Source of the DNA: Harriotta raleighana
Lineage: Eukaryota
Reading direction: 5' to 3'
DNA length: 64,000 bases
Assembly (NCBI GenBank): GCA_050575255.1
Contig: JBNZDD010013704.1
Location: 6,925,006-6,989,005 of the forward strand
Each line of letters opens with the position of its first letter. Positions within the stretch are counted from its first letter, which is position 1. A program made the position numbers and the translations under genes. The notes beneath the pieces were generated by a model. That model did not search any database. It was not told where the DNA came from and saw nothing but the letters and a program-made list of their open reading frames with translations. Positions 47,774 to 61,352 of this stretch are shown here, one piece after another.

Positions 47774-49107
47774 GTTGACCTATCAGGGAAAGATACAGTG
47801 TGGGATGTCTATCAAATGCTAAATTGTTAGCACTAGCGATTGCTATGAAGTACTCATAAGTTGTTATCCCACTATAAGCACACGGCTGAGTGCAAATTAG
47901 CTGCCTTGTTCATCTAAAAAATACAGTCACCACATTTTACAGTGAATCCTGTGAATCACTTTGACACATCTCATTGACATGATAAGGCATCTCTCGATTG
48001 CAGGGATAAATTAATATTTTCAAAATTATAAAATCTCACTATTATCAATTGGTGTGTGATAGTTGTAAAGTACCAATATCATTTGCCTCAAGGAAAATTC
48101 CCTTTTTTTCTCTCAAACCCTGTTCTGAGCTTCCTGTCAGAAGCTAATGAATTGCAGATGAATGTAGCTCTCTGTTTCAACGCGTTTCCATTGAATTGTC
48201 TCACCCCTCTTGACAAACATCTGCCAAATATTTTAACATTTTTGCATAGTTGCATGATGAATAGAGTGCAACGTTAGAGGATTCTCAGGAAAAGCACCAG
48301 AACACAAGCGAAAGACACATTAAACCAAACGCTAGTTATCACAAGAAAGGAGAGGCAAAGGTAAGTTAGGAAAACAAATTATTCAAATTATTCTACTAAT
48401 TAGTCATAGCAACCCATTTCAGGTCTATGTTATACAGAAAAAACACTGTGTCCTCTTGTGACTGGTACCATGCGTATCACTATCAACTGTCTTCAGTCAC
48501 TCATTTCCACAGAGGAATCCTTGCATTTGACATAATACTGATAACACCTCTAAGTGCTTCACAATGGAGTAAAGTGAAATAATTATGAATAGACAAATGA
48601 GGCAGAAATTTGCACCATAAGCAGCCATAAGATAAATGATCAACCAGGATGATTGTTGGCCTGGATACCAAGACGTGCCCTTCTTACGAATATGCAATCA
48701 ACCCAATTAAAAGTTATCCTACGTACTTCCTGCTTCTAATGATATCTGTACATTAGGAACACCCTAGGTTATGCAGGTGTTCTCTGCTGTCAGAGTTCCA
48801 GTATCAATACATCATATCAATGCCAACAGTATAGGCTTGCAGGCAAGATCCAAATTCCTGCTTTCTGCTGACAATCAGTACATTATTTTTAAATTGCAAA
48901 GATGTTTCAAAAAATGTTTATTTTGAGCTGTGTTTAATCATTACAGTACATAATACACCACAATCAAATACATAATGAAACAGGTTTGTATACAGAAATA
49001 ACAATTTGATGTTGCAATGGGAGACAGTAAGATGGGTGTCCTGGAAAGATGAGATTCATTGCATCGGTATCCAGGCCAGAAAGGGAACAACCACATCATT
49101 TTTATAA

Positions 49108-49525
49108 CAAACCTTGCATTTAATACAGTGCCTTCCACATTGGGAGGTGTCTCAGAGCTCTCCACAGGATTTACTATAAAGTGTCGTGAGTGTGAAATTT
49201 GCAGCTAAATATGGTACCTGATTAACATACTGCCATAACCCACAAATGACCACTGGTATTGTAGTGAATGATCAATTTTAATCTGGAGAAACTCCCTTCT
49301 CCTTTTGATCATCGGATTTTAAACATCCACCTGAATAGGTAAGACCAGACCTCAATTTTGTGTTTTATTTGCAAGACGCCATGTCTGTCGATGCAGTACA
49401 TTCCCCGCACTGCATTGCAGTGTCTGCCTGGGGTCAATCTGTACATTCAAAGTTCTAACGTTGTGCTTGAGCCCACAGTCTTCTCACTCAGAGGTAAGAG
49501 AATGCTAAAAACTGAGCCAGTCTGA
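49108..49525 (-). mobile_element. Old DeuSINE
   Basis: AACATCCACCTGAA, GATGCAGTACATTCCCCGCACTGCA and TTCTCACTCAGAGG...ACTGAGCCA. Confidence 0.7.
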
Positions 49526-51431
49526 GACCCTCCGATTGACACTTAGTTTTTAACTGATTGCTAACTCGTTACTGTACTCCTGGGTGGGGTGGGGTGAAGT
49601 GGGGTCTCCTTGGAACTGAACTGGCTGGGCAATGCAAAATCAGAATCCTTTGTGGTGGTCTCAGTAGTCTGATTCCTGAGCCAGATGGGTAGGCTGGTCC
49701 TAGCTGGATAACCAGTGGGAAAGCTTGCCAGGCAGTGATATCAGTGGCAAGCTGTGCAGTTTTAGCTGGTTACAGCACTATCCCCAATGTACGCTGTAGT
49801 GTACCCAAGCCTTGGCTCTTGCCAATTTGCGCCTAATACATTCCAGAGTTAGGTAAGCCGGATACGTCCCTCCAGGGAAAAAGTGCACATACGATTCCAA
49901 CAATATATCTTTGGAATATCCATGGAATGGAGATGCAAGGAATTCTCAGTTTGACTTTGATACTCTTAAACATGGTGACGGGTTTCTGCATGTATTAAAC
50001 GCCTGGTTGACTGAATTAAAGCACTTGAATGCCTCTGTTTCCGGTGTGTAAAGGTAATTTTGGGTAGAGTTTATTCATCTTTAGTATGTAAAGCCTTTGC
50101 TGAAATAGCTACTGTGTTTAATGTTATAGAGAATTCTCAAGCTGTAGGACATCCTCGGTTAATCCAAATACTGCAGTATTTTCTCTACTTGATGCCAAAG
50201 GGTCTNGAGAATTCTCAAGCTGTAGGACATCCTCGGTTAATCCAAATACTGCAGGACAGCAGAACCAGTTTAATGCCATGGACTCATTAACACAGAAAGA
50301 GGACTAACATAAACATAAGGAAATAAAGCTGCTTATCTAAAGAGCACAGTGGCAGTCTAAGCTGGATGCATTCCTGTTCAGGTTTATATGAGGAATTAAA
50401 CCTCTCAAACAACACATGCGAACTCTCAGCTTGAGTCCAAGATAATTTTCTGAGCAAACAAACTTTGTGGTGTAACATGATTGCGTGACAAGGCTCAGCT
50501 TCTGTGCTTGGCAGAGCAACAGATCACCTCAATTGAGCAACGCACTCTACTGCACAGATACAATGCAAAGAGAGCTGCCGCGAGTCAGTCTGTCTAAAAT
50601 GCATTAAAAATATTGTAGCGTGTACTTCCACAATTGTGAAGATCCCACCAAACATTTAATCTTCTGCTAACAGGACTGAAGGATATTTGAACCTAGAATG
50701 CATTCTATTCAGCTAAGTGAGCTAGACTAAGTGCGTGACAAGGAATTACGTATCTTCAAACAATACCTGGGTTAAAGCTCTCTGAATACCAGGGTAATCT
50801 AGCATGCCAATAAATGGCTTGTATGCATAATAGAGAAAATACTGATCACTGATAGCCAGTGACAGAAAATCATTGTCTTCCTTTATCATCAGAAAATGCA
50901 TCTGTAGATAGCCATGTTCCTCTTTGTTTCAAACATCTGACAATATTTTGAGGAAAATTATTTTCAAAACAACAGTAAATGCTAATCGGCCGTAGTTAAG
51001 TCTCATGATTTATTCTGTACAGCGTGCATGCCTGACAACAGAAGAGGAATCTGGTATGGCTGATGTGGGAACATTCATGAGGTTGGGTTTACTCGGATTC
51101 TCACAGAGTGACAGGGTTCAAAGTGGATTCCGCACCTCTTGGTTTATCAGTTAGGGTTCTCGTTCCTGATTTCTTATGTATTAACCCTCTACCCAACTAT
51201 AGAATGTGTGTGTGTGTGAGAATATTCGATGAAAACAGAATAAGGCTTTGGTGTGATCTTCTAGAGTCAAATAATTGGGCAACATTCATTGACAATCTTA
51301 CATTTGAGGGCATTTAGAGGCCACTGAACCTAAAACTATATCCATAATCAGTCAGTTTGACACAGTTAGTAGCATTCTCACTTCTGGGTTAGAAGCTGGT
51401 GGGTTTGATATAGGCTGATAGACCAGCCTAG

Positions 51432-52030
51432 TTTGGAGGGAGATGACGTGAGGGAGATAATGGGGGCAAGTGTGTCGAGGATGGCCGAGAGTGAGTTGTT
51501 TAGAAAGGTGACCAGGGAAGGTAGGTCATTGCAGGAGAAGGACCAGAGGGTTAGGAGGTCACGTGCCTCCAGGGCAGCAGAGAGGGCATGGAGGGCAATT
51601 TTTCTCCAGCAGCAATAGGAGTTGCAAAGGAGAAAAAATAGTGATCTGGAATATCTTTGTCAGTGATAGTGAAATCACAGACGACACAGAGGTGGTAAGG
51701 TCCTGGGTGATCATCTATTGTTTCTCCCAAACCTTTCTCCAAGGTTTAGAAGGTGGCCATGGATGTGATTGGCAGAATTAATGTGGAGGGAGAAGTTTTG
51801 AGAGGAGAGGATGGAGGAGAAGTCAGTAGATGTGGAGCAAGAGCGGGTGAAGTGGAGGTTAATGTTGCCTAAATTGATGAGGTGTTCAGAACAAATGAAG
51901 AGGGAAGACACGAAGGTGGGGATGTCAGAGAAGAAATTGGAGAATTGGAGAAGGGGGAAACAATAGATGAAGAGGATTTTTAAGGAGAGATTGGAAAGAT
52001 GGTAACCAGTGAAGTGCTCAAATGAGCACA
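51432..52030 (-). mobile_element. L2 endonuclease-domain fragment
   Basis: LINLGNINLH...NFSLHINSANHIHGHLLNL and ITDKDIPDHY, a decayed APE endonuclease. Confidence 0.8.
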
Positions 52031-52989
52031 TGGCAACTCTGCGTTTTCAGAGCTTGTTTTTCCAGGAAACAAGCCCACGCAAAAACTCCCCCTTTTAATG
52101 TATATATCACACTGGTTCTGCAATCTTTGATTTTATTAAACTAGTTTGTAAAACAGAAATCCCTGCTGATATCTCCCCCAAACTGTAAGTTATTTTGTTT
52201 GCTCCATCCACCTGTGCACTTAAGTGCTCTCATTCCCTTTCTTTTCCCAGACTTGATATTTTAATAGGTTCTTTTTACTCTGGGGCTCGAGGTGCGCAGA
52301 ATTAGCTGTCATTGAAGTGAGGGAAGTGAATGGTATAAAACATCTTGTTTAGACACCCATTGCCAGCATCCCAAAGGTGGATTATTCATTTCCCACATCG
52401 ACCAAGCTTTCAAGCCTCAGTGCATATGTTGATGTGCTGCTCTTTTGCAAACATCAGCTTTGAGTTGACAAGTTCAGGAACAGTTTTGTGCATTGGGTTG
52501 TGACAAAGTAAACTTGGTCATAATCCAGAGCCAGCTAAGTGTGAACAAATTGCATTGTATCACTGAAAGACTCGTGTGGAGAAACTCCCAATTTGACAGA
52601 GAAACAAAGCAAGGTATTGAGAACGCAGTTGAAATGCAACTTCTAAATGAGCAAGTTAGGTGTATGTTTTTTTAAATGAGCAAATTAGGAAAGGCACACC
52701 AAGTGATTGATTTATTTGTATGAATTCAGGACAATTGCCTGTGGGCTTATGAGGATTTTATGAATAGCATTTGTAGCTCTGCCAGAGAGCTCCCAGATTG
52801 GAGTTGTTACATCATATTCCCAATTTGTCAATGAAATTCATGGCATTGAACGAGATTGAAGGGGGTGAATGAAAATATATAAAAATACAGCTAAAAGGGA
52901 AAGGCGCAGGAAGGGTAATGGTATATCAGTATTGTAAGAAAGATAAAATATATAAAAGCAGTGAGTGCAATAGATGCAAAAGTTATTAA

Positions 52990-53255
52990 ATAATAATAAT
53001 CTTTGCATTTGATATAATGTCTTATCATGTCTTCGAGATATCTCAAAGCGCTTCACAGAAAATAATTATAATCCTTGCATTTAATATTGCAACTTATTAC
53101 GTCTGTGAGATGTCTCAAAGCCACTGTAAAGTGAATTGACTATATACAGTTTATGTGCAGTATATTGTGGGGGAAACGCAGTAGCCAATTGCACACAGCA
53201 GTGTCCTACAAACAGTCATGGATTGAGTGACCAATTTATTTATTTATTTATTATC
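52990..53255 (-). mobile_element. SINE 3' half with duplicated tail
   Basis: Two TTGCATTT tails and a Deu-like body. Confidence 0.85.
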
Positions 53256-53433
53256 AGTTGCATAGCAGAATATATTTATATGCCTTATATTTATTATTAG
53301 CAGTATAACAGAATGACGTATCTAAATAGTAGTTGAAGTACATGGAATTTAAATGATAATTACTTTAAGAAAAATATAAAGAGATATGGATGAAAGGCAG
53401 AGATGCAAGACTATATCAATAGAAAACTCTACT

Positions 53434-53900
53434 ACAACAACAACAACTTGCATTTATACAGTGCCCTCCATACTGGGCAGCGTATCAGAGAGCTTCACAG
53501 TGACGGAGCCCAACCCTGAGCCAGGGGTAGGGGGAAGGTGACTGTAAGCATAGTCGAAGAGAAAGGTGTTCAGGCACGACCTGAACGTGGGAAAGGAGGG
53601 GGCAAAATGAAGTGGTTGAGGGAGGGAGTTCCAACATTTCAGGGCTGTAAAGTTAATTGACTGTATATTTCATAGGCGAAACACAGCAACCAATTGCAAA
53701 CAGCAGTGTCCCACAAACAGTCGTGAATTTATTATTATCCTATTTAATATGTTTTAGGAATGCAATCCACCAATTAACTGACCACCAGGTTCCTACTTAC
53801 TGCTGGGTAAATAGGCATGTGGAGTAAGGAAACCTGCCCAATGTTTCCCTCTGCCAGGAATCAAACTGAGTGCTCTAACCACTGAGCTACAGGATTCCAC
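53434..53900 (-). mobile_element. L2 3' tail (53434-53645) joined to SINE body and head (53646-53900)
   Basis: (CAA)n tail, CAGCAGTGTCCCACAAACAG and GTGCTCTAACCACTGAGCTACAGG. Confidence 0.8.
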
Positions 53901-54689
53901 CTAAAGGCTGGGTATTTACATGGGCTGAGTTTGTTTTCACCAATGTTAGATGCAAAACTATCCGGTCACATCATCTGTAAAGAAAAGCACTCAAATTGAA
54001 GGAGGCATGGGAAAGTGCGAAGAGAAGTGAATGTGGGATAGAGAAAGGCTCAACCGCAGATGGTGAGTCTAGCTGGGTGGGGACTTGGAGCAGGTCACAG
54101 CTTGCTGATCAGAGGGACAGGTTAATATGGGGTCAGCGGGTCGCAGAGGTATGGAGGAGCGAGGCCATGGAGAGTTTTGAAAGCAAGGATGAGGATTTTG
54201 AACGCTATCTTCTGGGGGATAGAGAGCCAGAGGAGCCAGGTAATGTGTAAGTATTTGAAGGCAAGAATGATAATTTTAATAATCCTTGCATTATGTTTTT
54301 AATGTTAATCCTTGCATTATCATTTTAATGCTAATGTTAATCTGTTGGAGCACAGGAAGCCAAAAGAGCTGGGCCAGGATGAGGGTAATAGGTTTGTGCA
54401 GCCTAGGATATGATATAACAAAGTTCTGTTTGAGAACAGTGGAGCTGGAGAAGATGAACATGGTTCTGAAAAATTCTAGAAATGTGCTCCAACAGATAGG
54501 ATTTTAGAACAGTATTGAATGTAGAGATCGGGTGTGAGTCAGAGGGATTTAGGGGAGTTCCAAAGTACGGGGTACTCACTTGCACTTATATTCTGTATTT
54601 ACAACCTTTATGACGTATTTGTGTATACACAGTTCGTTTCACAGTAAATCCTGTGGGACATATTTCCGATGTGCTAAGGTGCTATACCA

Positions 54690-54992
54690 ATAATAATAAT
54701 AATCCTTGCATTTGATATAGCAGTTTCCACGTCTTCTAGACATCCCAAAGCGCTTCTCAGAATATACTGTAAAGTGAATGGACTTTATATTTGTGGGCGA
54801 AACGAGGCAGCCAATTGCACACAGCACTGTCCCACAAATAGTCGTGGAATGAAACGACCAATTTTTTTTTGAGGGATTATTATTAGGCATGTGGAGTAAG
54901 GAAACATGCCCAAGGTTCAGCCCAGCCAGGAGATGAACCCAAGTCTCTCGCTTGTAAGGCGAGTCCTCTAACAACTGAACTACAGTACTCCA
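54690..54992 (-). mobile_element. Full-length tRNA/CORE/Deu-type SINE
   Basis: Tail, body and head CTCGCTTGTAAGGCGAGT...CTACAG. Confidence 0.9.
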
Positions 54993-57749
54993 CAAATGCA
55001 AATACAACAACAACAAAACAACAAAATTACACTTCTACAGCGCCTTTCACGTAAGGAGAACATCCCAAAGTGCTGATACATCAGATACATCAGATTCAGG
55101 ATAGGCCATAAATCCAGGATTATTTATTTTCAATTTTTTTTTGCAAAGCGCCTTGGGATGCCCTGCCTATGTGAAAGTCACGATGTAAAAGTAAATTTGT
55201 GTAACATTACATTGTAGTTGTATTGTAATATGGCAAATGAGGACCTCATTGTGGCATCGTGTTATATTTCCATCTTGCAGATCACTACTGGATAAACCCT
55301 CACATTCCAGGCATCTTCCACAACCACATTGTGTAATCATTCACTGAGTATTCAATGTACAGCCTGGGAGCCACTTGCAGTGTTCCTTCCCTTCTCTAGA
55401 GGACCTTGCCAGAACAACTGATCCTTATTTGCCTGACTTGGGATGATACCAACTGGAATTCAACACAGTTGCCTCTGCTGCTCAGCTGTCAAGTGGGAGA
55501 AGAGGGAAAATTTTAATTCAAGTCAGTTTTATCCCTATATCAATAGAAACAAGTGAATTGCAGGCTCAAACCTCTAATCCAACACTCAGTGCAGAGAGTT
55601 GGGGCATTCCTGAGAGAAATCCACAAGCAAATTAGTCATTAACGACAAAACAACTTGCAATTGCATAGTGTCACTCATGCAGGATAGTGTCCCAGAGTGC
55701 TTGACTGTTTGACAGTGGTGGAGCATGATGCTGAGTCGGGGAGAGGGGTCAGTGACCATAGGGGCAGTCGAAGAGGAAGATCTTCAGGTGCCACCCCCCG
55801 ATGGGGATGGGGGGGAAAGACAGAGGAATAAACGAAACGTGCAAAAGGCATGTGAGAGAAAGAGAATGAAGTAAAGTGCCTCAATGTTTTCTAATTTTTC
55901 TAATGATGAGTTATTTGCCCTCTGCTTGTTGCCACCAAGGGTTGGCTTGGGGGCCAGAGTGTGTGTTTTAGGTACTGTTTGATTTTAACTTGAGGGAACC
56001 TCACTGCTTGCCATTGCAAACTAATGAAAGTCAATATGGTGACTGCTGAGCACGTGAGTGAACAACCTTTGACATTTCTGATTTCCGCCATCGTCTGACA
56101 AAAGACACTGGTTTATGGTACAAAGGGTAGAAGACATACTAGAATTAGACAACTGATTGCTCATGAAACCCAAACTGAATAGAGAACTGAAAGCCTAATA
56201 CGTAAAAGCACTTTACACTGCCTCTTTTCTGAAAGTATAATTTGGTCAATGTTATGTAATAATAACAAGCAAGTCTCTGATTTATAATGTAAACAGTGCA
56301 TTCTTGATTCTTATAGTTCATGTCACAACATGCCCACCGTCCAAGGCTCTACTTGAGAAATAAAGCGAGGCATTTTTTCCAATCATTCTTGATGAATATG
56401 CAAACATAGTGCAAGAGATTTTAAATTCTGCACCTTTTTCAGTTGCAGATAAATTACTTTGTTAACTTCTTAGTTCAGAATTCTGATTAATCATGCCTTA
56501 AATAGATTTTCAAAGATCGTCATGCATTGGAATAAATTCGAACTCCTACTCTTATATGGCCCCATATAAAGATAATTTTGTTGTTGTTGTTATCACTATC
56601 AGAACACCGCTGATAATGTATCCTTGAATGGTATCAAACTACATTCCATACAAGCGAGATGAAATCTGTTCAATGTTATGCATAGCACATTCAGTGATGC
56701 ATATTATGGAAATATCCCATTTGTTGGTAACATTACCAAAGGTCTGACAAATTCATTCACTAGAATTTTGGACCAAATAATTATTTCATAAGAACAGGAT
56801 TAGGCCAATCAGCCCTTCGAGCCTGTTCCGCCATTTCATTAGATCGTTGTTGATCTGTACGTCAAGTAATCCTTTCAATTCCAATTTCCCGTTTTCTCCC
56901 CATGTATGCTTGAAAGTAATTACTGTAAAACTGTTAGACATTCTAGGTGTTTATCAAATGGAAGAATCATTCTTTTATATTTTTACAAGATCTGTTTAAA
57001 AAAATACACAAAGCAATGCCCTTCACTTGTTCTAAAACACTCCAGGTTATTCAGACTCTTCAATGCTGATTCCATATTTTTCTCTCCTTCAAGCTCTCCC
57101 AAACCCTCAGGCTGTCACACCCGGCATCGCAGAACTTACAATAACATCTTTTTTAACTTCATTCTTTTTTTGTGCGGATAGATTAAGAAACTTTGTGTAG
57201 CCAAACCCAGAAAGTAAGAACACGAATAGAACTCTTGACCCTTGCTTCTCACATAGAAAGGATTATTCTCTGGTCTTGTCAGTCTCTTTTCAGTTCCGTT
57301 CTTGCTGTTATCATTTAGTAAAGTTTCCAAATACTGTAGTTTCAATAGTCAAAGGTCCCATTTATTTCAAGGAGTAGGGTAATTATGTTCCCTTTTATTT
57401 TAACCAAACTGATTGAGGTGAGCATATAGTATTTTAAACATCTCTGCCAAGCTTTCTTCATAGCTCTGTCAAAGATCGGGAATAGCTTGAGTAAAGCTTT
57501 GCTACAGTTTGGGTTGTTTTGAGAGGAAATTTTGTTTGTATTAACTTAAGATTTTAAGCAGAAGGTATCAGAAACGGTACCAGTGAATTCATTCTACTGT
57601 ATATCTTTTGTGAGTGAAATGTGACTACTAATTGCACTCAGTAGTGCCCCACATACAGTTATGGATTGATGACCAATTTTTTTTAAAAGGAATCATTACC
57701 CCGGAAAAAACAAATCAACTATCAAATGAATCGGCAATCGAATCAGAAC

Positions 57750-58975
57750 TTGGAAAAAAAGGAGTGAGTGGTCAAGGCGGAGGGATTGAGGGAGAGTGTA
57801 CCAGAGTTTCGGGGGTGAACTAGCTGAAAGCGAGACCTCAGTGGTGGGGCAGAGGGTAGCAGGGACGAACAGGAGGTTGGTGTCAATCAAACAGAGACAG
57901 CGTGTGGTGGATTGGGGAGGCAGAAGGTTGGGGACATAGAGAATGAATGGATTTGAACACAATTGTGAGGATCTTGAAGCCGATTTGGAGTAAGGTATTG
58001 GAGGAAGGCAATGTGGCTGAGGTGGAAGAGTCCTAGTCAGGAATCGGATGTAGGGGAAGAAGGACTGCTGTAGGTTGTAGGTGTAGGTTGTACCAGACTC
58101 CTAGATTGTGCACTGGTGAGCTAAGTGTGAAAGAGAGTTTAGATCCACAAGAATGAAGACGTTGAATGAGAGCCAAGGAGTATGGCTTCTGTCTTGTCAA
58201 TATTCAGCTGCAGGAAACTTACACTCATCCAGGCCTTGATGTCTGCCATACAAGCTGATAGAACATCGACAGACTTGGAGTCAATAATGGAGTGGACAAA
58301 GTAGGTTTGTGTGTCATCTGCATACATGTGGAACTTCACCCCATTTCTGCAGATGATATCGTCCAAAGGGAGCACATAGATAAGAAAAAGAAGAGGGCCA
58401 AGGATGGAGCCCTTGGGTACTCCGGGTGGGGGTGAGAGGAGAAACTATTTGCCGAGGTGAAATGGAGTCGTTGGTTAAATAGCGCTTGAATCATGTGAGT
58501 TCAATCCCACCATGAGGGAGGAGAGACAGTGGAGGAGGATGGCATGGTCAACTGTGTCGAACACTGCAAAGAGATCCAGGAGAACGAGGAGGCAGAAGGA
58601 ACCCTGGTCACAGAGTGAGGCAGCATTTGTGACTTAGACACGCGTTCCTTCTGGGTAGGGCAAAATCCAGACTATAGGGGCACAAGGAGGGAGAGGTATG
58701 ACCAAAGTTGACCTACAACATAGCTTTCCAGGACTTTCGCAAGGAAAGGTAGGTTGAAAACAGAACAATAATGTGAGAGATTAGAGGGATCAAGTGTGGC
58801 TTTGATGAGGAAGGATGTGATAACAGAAGTTTTCAGTGGGCAGTTGAAGAGCCTAAGGAGAGAGACTGGTTGTTCGTGTCAGCCAACAACAGTGAGAGGA
58901 AGAGTAGTTGAGTGACCCGCAGCTCAGTGGGGAGTGGGGGATCGAGGCAACAAGCGGCGGCTGAAAGTCGGACTA
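57750..58975 (-). mobile_element. L2 reverse-transcriptase fragment
   Basis: GVPKGSILGPLLFLIYVLPLDDII...FHMYADDTQ (YADD motif), FLQLNIDKTEAIL and FDTVDH. Confidence 0.95.
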
Positions 58976-60834
58976 AGGGCAATGTTGCACAGCAAGATCA
59001 CAAGAATGCTCTTCAGCATTTAATAGTATGTTATAGTAGGAGAAGCCAAGATCACAACAGAGGTTCAGATGAAGAAAGCTTTATGTCCCATATGATCACA
59101 TCCCTTCCAGAATATCAACCCATCTCTCTTTCACAGCATCAAGCTACGTCTAAAATCCAAAGAAATCTAAGCTATTTCTTAAATAAGTACCACCCTTCCT
59201 GATAACCGGTTCCAACTGTCAATTATGCTGTGAATATAGATACTTCCAGTTGCCTCTCCTAAAATTGTCCATTACAATCCCGAACCTGCGCCTTCTTGTG
59301 CCNTCCAGTTGCCTCTCCTAAAATTGTCCATTACAATCCCGAACCTGCGCCTTCTTGTCATATCTGAAAGTATTGTTCTGTGTTTTCTTTCTCAGTCCCA
59401 TTTAGCAATGATCCGATTTATCCCCCAAATGCTCCATTCCATCGTCGGCGGCCTTGCCTACAGCCACTATGCCCCAAAGCTTTGTGCTTTCACTCTCTCA
59501 CTCCCATCATCCCCTCCTGTATAAATCCAAGTTGTTGTTATTGTTGTTGTAGCGATCATGACATAAAGAGGGAAAAGTGTGCAAGTCATGTTCAAGCAGC
59601 TCAAGAGAGTCATGTCAGAATTGTGGGGGAAGGTTTATGGAAAGCAGTGGAGCAGAAGGGGAGTCAAGATCATTTAAGCAATATCTGCTAGCATATCCTG
59701 CATGAAGAGAACTTCGCACATAACTGGGCAGCCAAAATACCTGAGACTGAATCTGCAACTTCATCTCATCCGAAGTAATGGAAATATGCTATTAAATACT
59801 AAAGAGCTGTGTTGAAGAGTGAGAGCAAACTAATATTGCTTATGAGAATAAAGCATACTTATTTTATCCAACATACAAAAACTTCAAAAGTTCGGCGTGT
59901 GTTTCCTGCGCTGTGATTGAGCACATGTCTTGCTAGCTTCACAAACTCCCATGAACTCTCTTCAATGTCAATGAACATATCCAGAGTTAACAGCAAGAGT
60001 TTCCTTGTGGTCATTGCACTTCTTTTTCCCATTACAATGTAAGTAAAGGTACTCAATTTTTCTCCGCCCTCTGCTTCATCGCTCTTCCTGCCTGAATAAG
60101 AGAGATTAATAATAATAATAATTCTTGCATTTGATATAGCACCTAATAGCTATATTAAAGCACATCTTAAAGCACTTCACAGGATATACTGTAAAGTAGA
60201 TTGATTGTATTTTGTGGATTACTGATAGGGTAATATGATCCCACTTATGTTATGCTGTGCAATTTTAATGGGCTTGTGCTGTTACATTGTTAATCATTAA
60301 CATTTATGGCAAGTGACATATGTCACCTTAAAGCATTAAATTCAAACCACATTAACAAAGAGTAAAACTCTCCTTACACGAGGTATTTACAGTAGGTATC
60401 TGTCATGAAAATCAAAGGCACGTACATAGCTTTGCCCATAAAATCCACAGTCAATTCACGTGACAGTATATTCTATGAAACAATTTGAGATGTATAAAAG
60501 ATGTGTAAAGGCACTATATCAAACGTAAGAATTATTATTGTCTTGGGAAACAAAGGGACTGAAACAGACATTGCTGTCCATCTGGCCCATCCTAAAGTTG
60601 GGAGATTATCCCATCACCATTCTTTAATACCAATATATGAAATCACAAATGATTATTCCAAAAAAGCCTTTCCTTCACAGTAATAACCAATCGAATATAA
60701 CCTATTCTCCTCCAATTGACCAAGTTGGTTGAATCCCCCAAGTAAAATTGATCTTTCACTTCAAGGCTGTTTGTTTCGCTGTGCAAAAATTGGCTGTCGC
60801 GTTCACCTACAAATTACTCAGACACTACATTTTA

Positions 60835-61352
60835 ACAACAACAACTTTGATTTATACAACGCCCTCCACNCAAGTAAAATTGATCTTTCACTTCAAGGCT
60901 GTTTGTTTCGCTGTGCAAAAATTGGCTGTCGCGTTCACCTACAAATTACTCAGACACTACATTTTAACAACAACAACTTTGATTTATATAACGCCCTCCA
61001 CGCCGGATGGCATCTTGGAGCGCTTGACAATAGTGGATCCCGGGACCGAGCCAGGGGCAGGGGTAGAAAGGTGACCAAAGGCGTGGTCGAAGAGAAAGGT
61101 CTACAGCTGGGACCTGAACTGGAAAAAGTGAGTGAAGAAGGGAATTCTAGAGCTTCAGGGCATAGTGGCTGANGTGAGTGAAGAAGGGAATTCTAAAGCT
61201 TCAGGGCATAGTGGCTGAAGGCACAGCTGTCGAGGGTGGAGCGAGGATTCGGGGGACATGGAGGAGGTCAGACCCGGTGGAGCGAAGGTAAGGGGTGTTG
61301 GTTTGAGGAGAGAGGAGGTCAGAGAGTTAGGGAGGTGCAGAGGAGTGGAGGG
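60835..61352 (-). mobile_element. L2 3' fragment of the second subfamily, with N-junction duplications
   Basis: (CAA)n tail and GGGCATAGTGGCTGAAGGCAC. Confidence 0.8.

Noticed and set aside
44970-48370. Plus-strand AG|GTAAGT donors (~44978, 47065, 48360)
   Set aside because: No matching acceptor and coding frame found; compatible with chance.
59859-60056. 65-aa minus-strand ORF in unique DNA
   Set aside because: No recognisable homology and no convincing splice signals.
3114-61200. Near-identical direct duplications flanking single Ns (about 3183, 10082, 20772, 21163, 21276, 28116, 32245, 50206, 59303, 60870, 61173)
   Set aside because: Every pair straddles an N, the pattern of unmerged contig overlaps. 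Small differences are probably allelic or read-end errors, not biological tandem repeats.
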